This document shows, in pieces, positions 35,803-37,930 of a stretch of DNA of 37,930 nucleotides. Position 1 is the first letter of the stretch. Every line of letters begins with the position of its first letter. A program made the translations under genes and the position numbers. The notes beneath the pieces were generated by a model. It searched no databases. It had not been told where the DNA came from and worked only from the letters and a program-made list of their open reading frames with translations. This DNA comes from Sulfuricurvum kujiense (GTDB taxonomy: Bacteria; Campylobacterota; Campylobacteria; Campylobacterales; Sulfurimonadaceae), in the NCBI RefSeq assembly GCF_002742695.1, contig NZ_DLUI01000160.1, one strand, 5' to 3'.

Positions 35803-36294
35803 TTATATCCACTGCGCTAAAAATTTTTCTTCTTCACCGTTGCGGCGGATCACTTTTTCAATCATTTCCCGTACACATGCATCGCCGCCTTTGCGATCCA
35901 AAACTTCTGCAAACGTTTTCAGATACTCAGAGCCGTCTTGCGGTGTAAAAGCCTGCCCCGACCACTGCAAAAGATTGTAATCGTTCAGATCATCGCCGAT
36001 AACTGCTACTTCATGCGCTTCAATCCCAAGCTCGGTACACAGTGCCATGGCAACGGCACGTTTATCCTTCACCCCTTGATAGAGATGAGCAATATCGAGT
36101 TCTTTGGCTCTATGGGTCACGATACTGGAATCACGTCCGGTAATGATAGCGACACTATGTCCCATTTTAACCCATGCTTTGATCGCAAAACCGTCTTTGA
36201 CATTGAAGTTTTTGAGTTCTAACCCCTCGGCGGTGTAGATGATTTTACCGTCACTCATACATCCGTCAACATCCAAAATCAGGAGTTTAATCAT
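35803..36294 (-). CDS. kdsC: KDO 8-phosphate phosphatase KdsC
   Basis: DVDGCMSDG, FNVKDG, IITGR, GDDLND and GGDACVRE motifs. Confidence 0.93.
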   Translation of the reverse strand: MIKLLILDVDGCMSDGKIIYTAEGLELKNFNVKDGFAIKAWVKMGHSVAIITGRDSSIVTHRAKELDIAHLYQGVKDKRAVAMALCTELGIEAHEVAVIGDDLNDYNLLQWSGQAFTPQDGSEYLKTFAEVLDRKGGDACVREMIEKVIRRNGEEEKFLAQWI

Positions 36295-36863
36295 AAAACC
36301 CCTTTGGTACTTGGAACTCCGGCACGCTCATTAGGGGCCAATGCACGGCGAAGGGCAACGGCAAGCGATTTAAACGCCGCTTCAATAATATGGTGTTTGT
36401 TTTTACCGCGTACCATAACGATATGTGCAGTAATTCCCGCATTAAAGATAACGGCACGGAAAAACTCTTCGGCAAGTTCTGCTTCAAATGACCCTATTTT
36501 CCCAGAAACAGGAACATCATAAACTAAAAAAGGTCGATTACTCAAATCCAGATCGCAGCTCACCGCCGCTTCATCCATAACCACAACTGCACTTCCGAAA
36601 CGCTCCACTTTCTCTATCGGATAGATCGCTTCGCGCAGTGCTTGTCCTAATACAATCCCGATATCCTCGACACTATGGTGATCATCAATATGGACATCAC
36701 CCTCACACGTAACACTCAAATCGATCTGGGCATGTTTGGCAAAGCTCTCCAACATATGATCCAAAAAACCTACTTTGGTAGAAATCGTACTTTTCCCCTC
36801 ACCCGCAATGGTGAGGGATAAGTCAATGTCAGTCTCTTTAGTTTGGCGTTTTTTTTGGATCAT
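36291..36863 (-). CDS. hisB: Imidazoleglycerol-phosphate dehydratase
   Basis: RQTKET, FLDHML, DDHHSVED, MDEA, HHIIEA.FK and PSTKG motifs. Confidence 0.98.
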   Translation of the reverse strand: MIQKKRQTKETDIDLSLTIAGEGKSTISTKVGFLDHMLESFAKHAQIDLSVTCEGDVHIDDHHSVEDIGIVLGQALREAIYPIEKVERFGSAVVVMDEAAVSCDLDLSNRPFLVYDVPVSGKIGSFEAELAEEFFRAVIFNAGITAHIVMVRGKNKHHIIEAAFKSLAVALRRALAPNERAGVPSTKGVL

Positions 36864-36864
36864 C

Positions 36865-37671
36865 TTATTCCCTTATAATAAAGGAGCCTTCGAAATAGCC
36901 CCGTGAAATGAAATCGCGCGCTTCGGCTTCACTTTTAAATCCGCCGAGCCATACACGAAATAAACGTTTGTTATTATACTCTGTATCTTTAATGATTGCA
37001 GAATAACCGTTATAGGAAGCATACTTTTGCTTTGTGCTCATAGCCCCTTCAAACCGCTCAAATGAGCCGATTTGAACAAAAAAAGCATTCAAAACGGATT
37101 GTTGCGGCCCTTTCGCCAAACGTCCCATATCGATAGTGCGCATTGATGAGGGTTCAAATCCTAAAACCTCTAGCGTTACCGGAGCCGTCCCTTTTTTATT
37201 AAGCCCGATTTTCTCTCCAGCCGCATAAGAGAGATCGATGATACGGCTCTCGACAAATGGGCCTCGGTCATTAATCCGAACCACCGTTTGTGCACCGTTT
37301 TCGCTATTTGTCACCCGAACGACGGTATTCATAGGGAGTGTTTTATGGGCTGCCGTCATCGCATACATATCATAGGCTTCCCCGTTAGAGGTTGATTTAC
37401 CGTGAAAATCAGGTCCATACCAACTCGCTCGGCCGCTGAAACTATCCCCTACCCGCACAACGGTCGGATAATACTCTTTTCCAAAGACGGTATAGGGGCG
37501 CATAGTTGCGTGAAGTTCACCATTTTTTTTGTAGACATTTGACGGAGCCATTGCTAAGTGCTCAGATGGATATTTTTGAGAAGGCTTCGGCTGATAGGAG
37601 TAGGAGCCGCTGTTGGTCGTACATCCGCCGAATAAAATAATTAGACATAACAGAAGGGTTTTAATCACCAA
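36865..37671 (-). CDS. rlpA: Septal ring lytic transglycosylase RlpA lipoprotein with SPOR domain
   Basis: Lipobox LFGGC, ASWYG, TAAHKTLP, VRINDRGPF and RIIDLS motifs, C-terminal VQIGSF SPOR domain. Confidence 0.95.
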   Translation of the reverse strand: MVIKTLLLCLIILFGGCTTNSGSYSYQPKPSQKYPSEHLAMAPSNVYKKNGELHATMRPYTVFGKEYYPTVVRVGDSFSGRASWYGPDFHGKSTSNGEAYDMYAMTAAHKTLPMNTVVRVTNSENGAQTVVRINDRGPFVESRIIDLSYAAGEKIGLNKKGTAPVTLEVLGFEPSSMRTIDMGRLAKGPQQSVLNAFFVQIGSFERFEGAMSTKQKYASYNGYSAIIKDTEYNNKRLFRVWLGGFKSEAEARDFISRGYFEGSFIIRE

Positions 37672-37930
37672 TTTTTACTTCCTCCCCATCATGCAACGCA
37701 TTGGATATAAACGGATTTTTTAATTTGAGTTGTTCAAGGTTGATATTATACAGTGTTGCGACTGAAGCGAGGGTTTCGCCTGAACGTGCACTGTGCAGAC
37801 GCGGTTTTTTCAAAAACGGTTTATTAATGGGTATTTTCACCCGTCGATTGAGATTACGTTCATTATCATCTCCGATCATATTCTCCATCATAATCGTTGA
37901 CTTAGGTACGTTATACCGTTTTGAGAGCTG
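37661..37930 (-). CDS. C-terminal LysM repeats of a probable MltD-like lytic transglycosylase (5' end outside the window)
   Basis: The frame is open to the window edge (QLSKRYNVPKSTIMMEN...). LysM pattern SGETLASVATLYNINLEQLKLKNP....LHDGEEVKI. Lies upstream of rlpA. Confidence 0.75.
   Translation of the reverse strand, partial: QLSKRYNVPKSTIMMENMIGDDNERNLNRRVKIPINKPFLKKPRLHSARSGETLASVATLYNINLEQLKLKNPFISNALHDGEEVKIGD

Noticed and set aside
1-37930. rRNA, tRNA, CRISPR arrays, defence or toxin-antitoxin systems
   Set aside because: All intergenic gaps are under about 250 bp with no cloverleaf or repeat-spacer pattern. The GNAT and YgjP-like genes lack antitoxin or restriction-system partners.

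Overview
Chromosomal window from a Campylobacterota (epsilon-proteobacterial) genome. Protein style and gene order suggest a Sulfuricurvum/Sulfurimonas-like organism (inference). Two core-genome blocks flank the window. The first is slt - lipoprotein ... mobB - fbp - small Cys protein - metG - hypothetical. The second is ygjP-like/queC/ybeY followed by mrdA - membrane protein - GNAT - yihA - lptA - lptC - kdsC - hisB - rlpA - LysM protein. About 24 kb of accessory metabolism (1253-24996) lies between the lipoprotein gene and mobB. (1) A nitrogenase-cofactor satellite: nifB - nifV - GNAT, an upstream Aer/NifL-type PAS-GGDEF-EAL protein, and a divergent pair made of a Cys-rich NifX-like protein and a Tpx-fold protein that lacks the peroxidatic Cys. 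(2) corA and an atypical pyruvate kinase. (3) A nine-gene glycogen/alpha-glucan cluster with no glgC, glgX or malQ. It instead has a nucleotidyltransferase-LbH-degenerate phosphomutase fusion, a GalT-like nucleotidyltransferase, two GH57 enzymes, two glgA paralogues, a ROK kinase, glgB and a short GT35 phosphorylase whose PLP-binding Lys is replaced by Thr. I saw no rRNA, tRNA, CRISPR, integrase or transposase. The best candidates for an under-described system are the non-canonical glycogen pathway, especially the Lys-less phosphorylase, and the NifX-like/pseudo-Tpx pair next to nifB.
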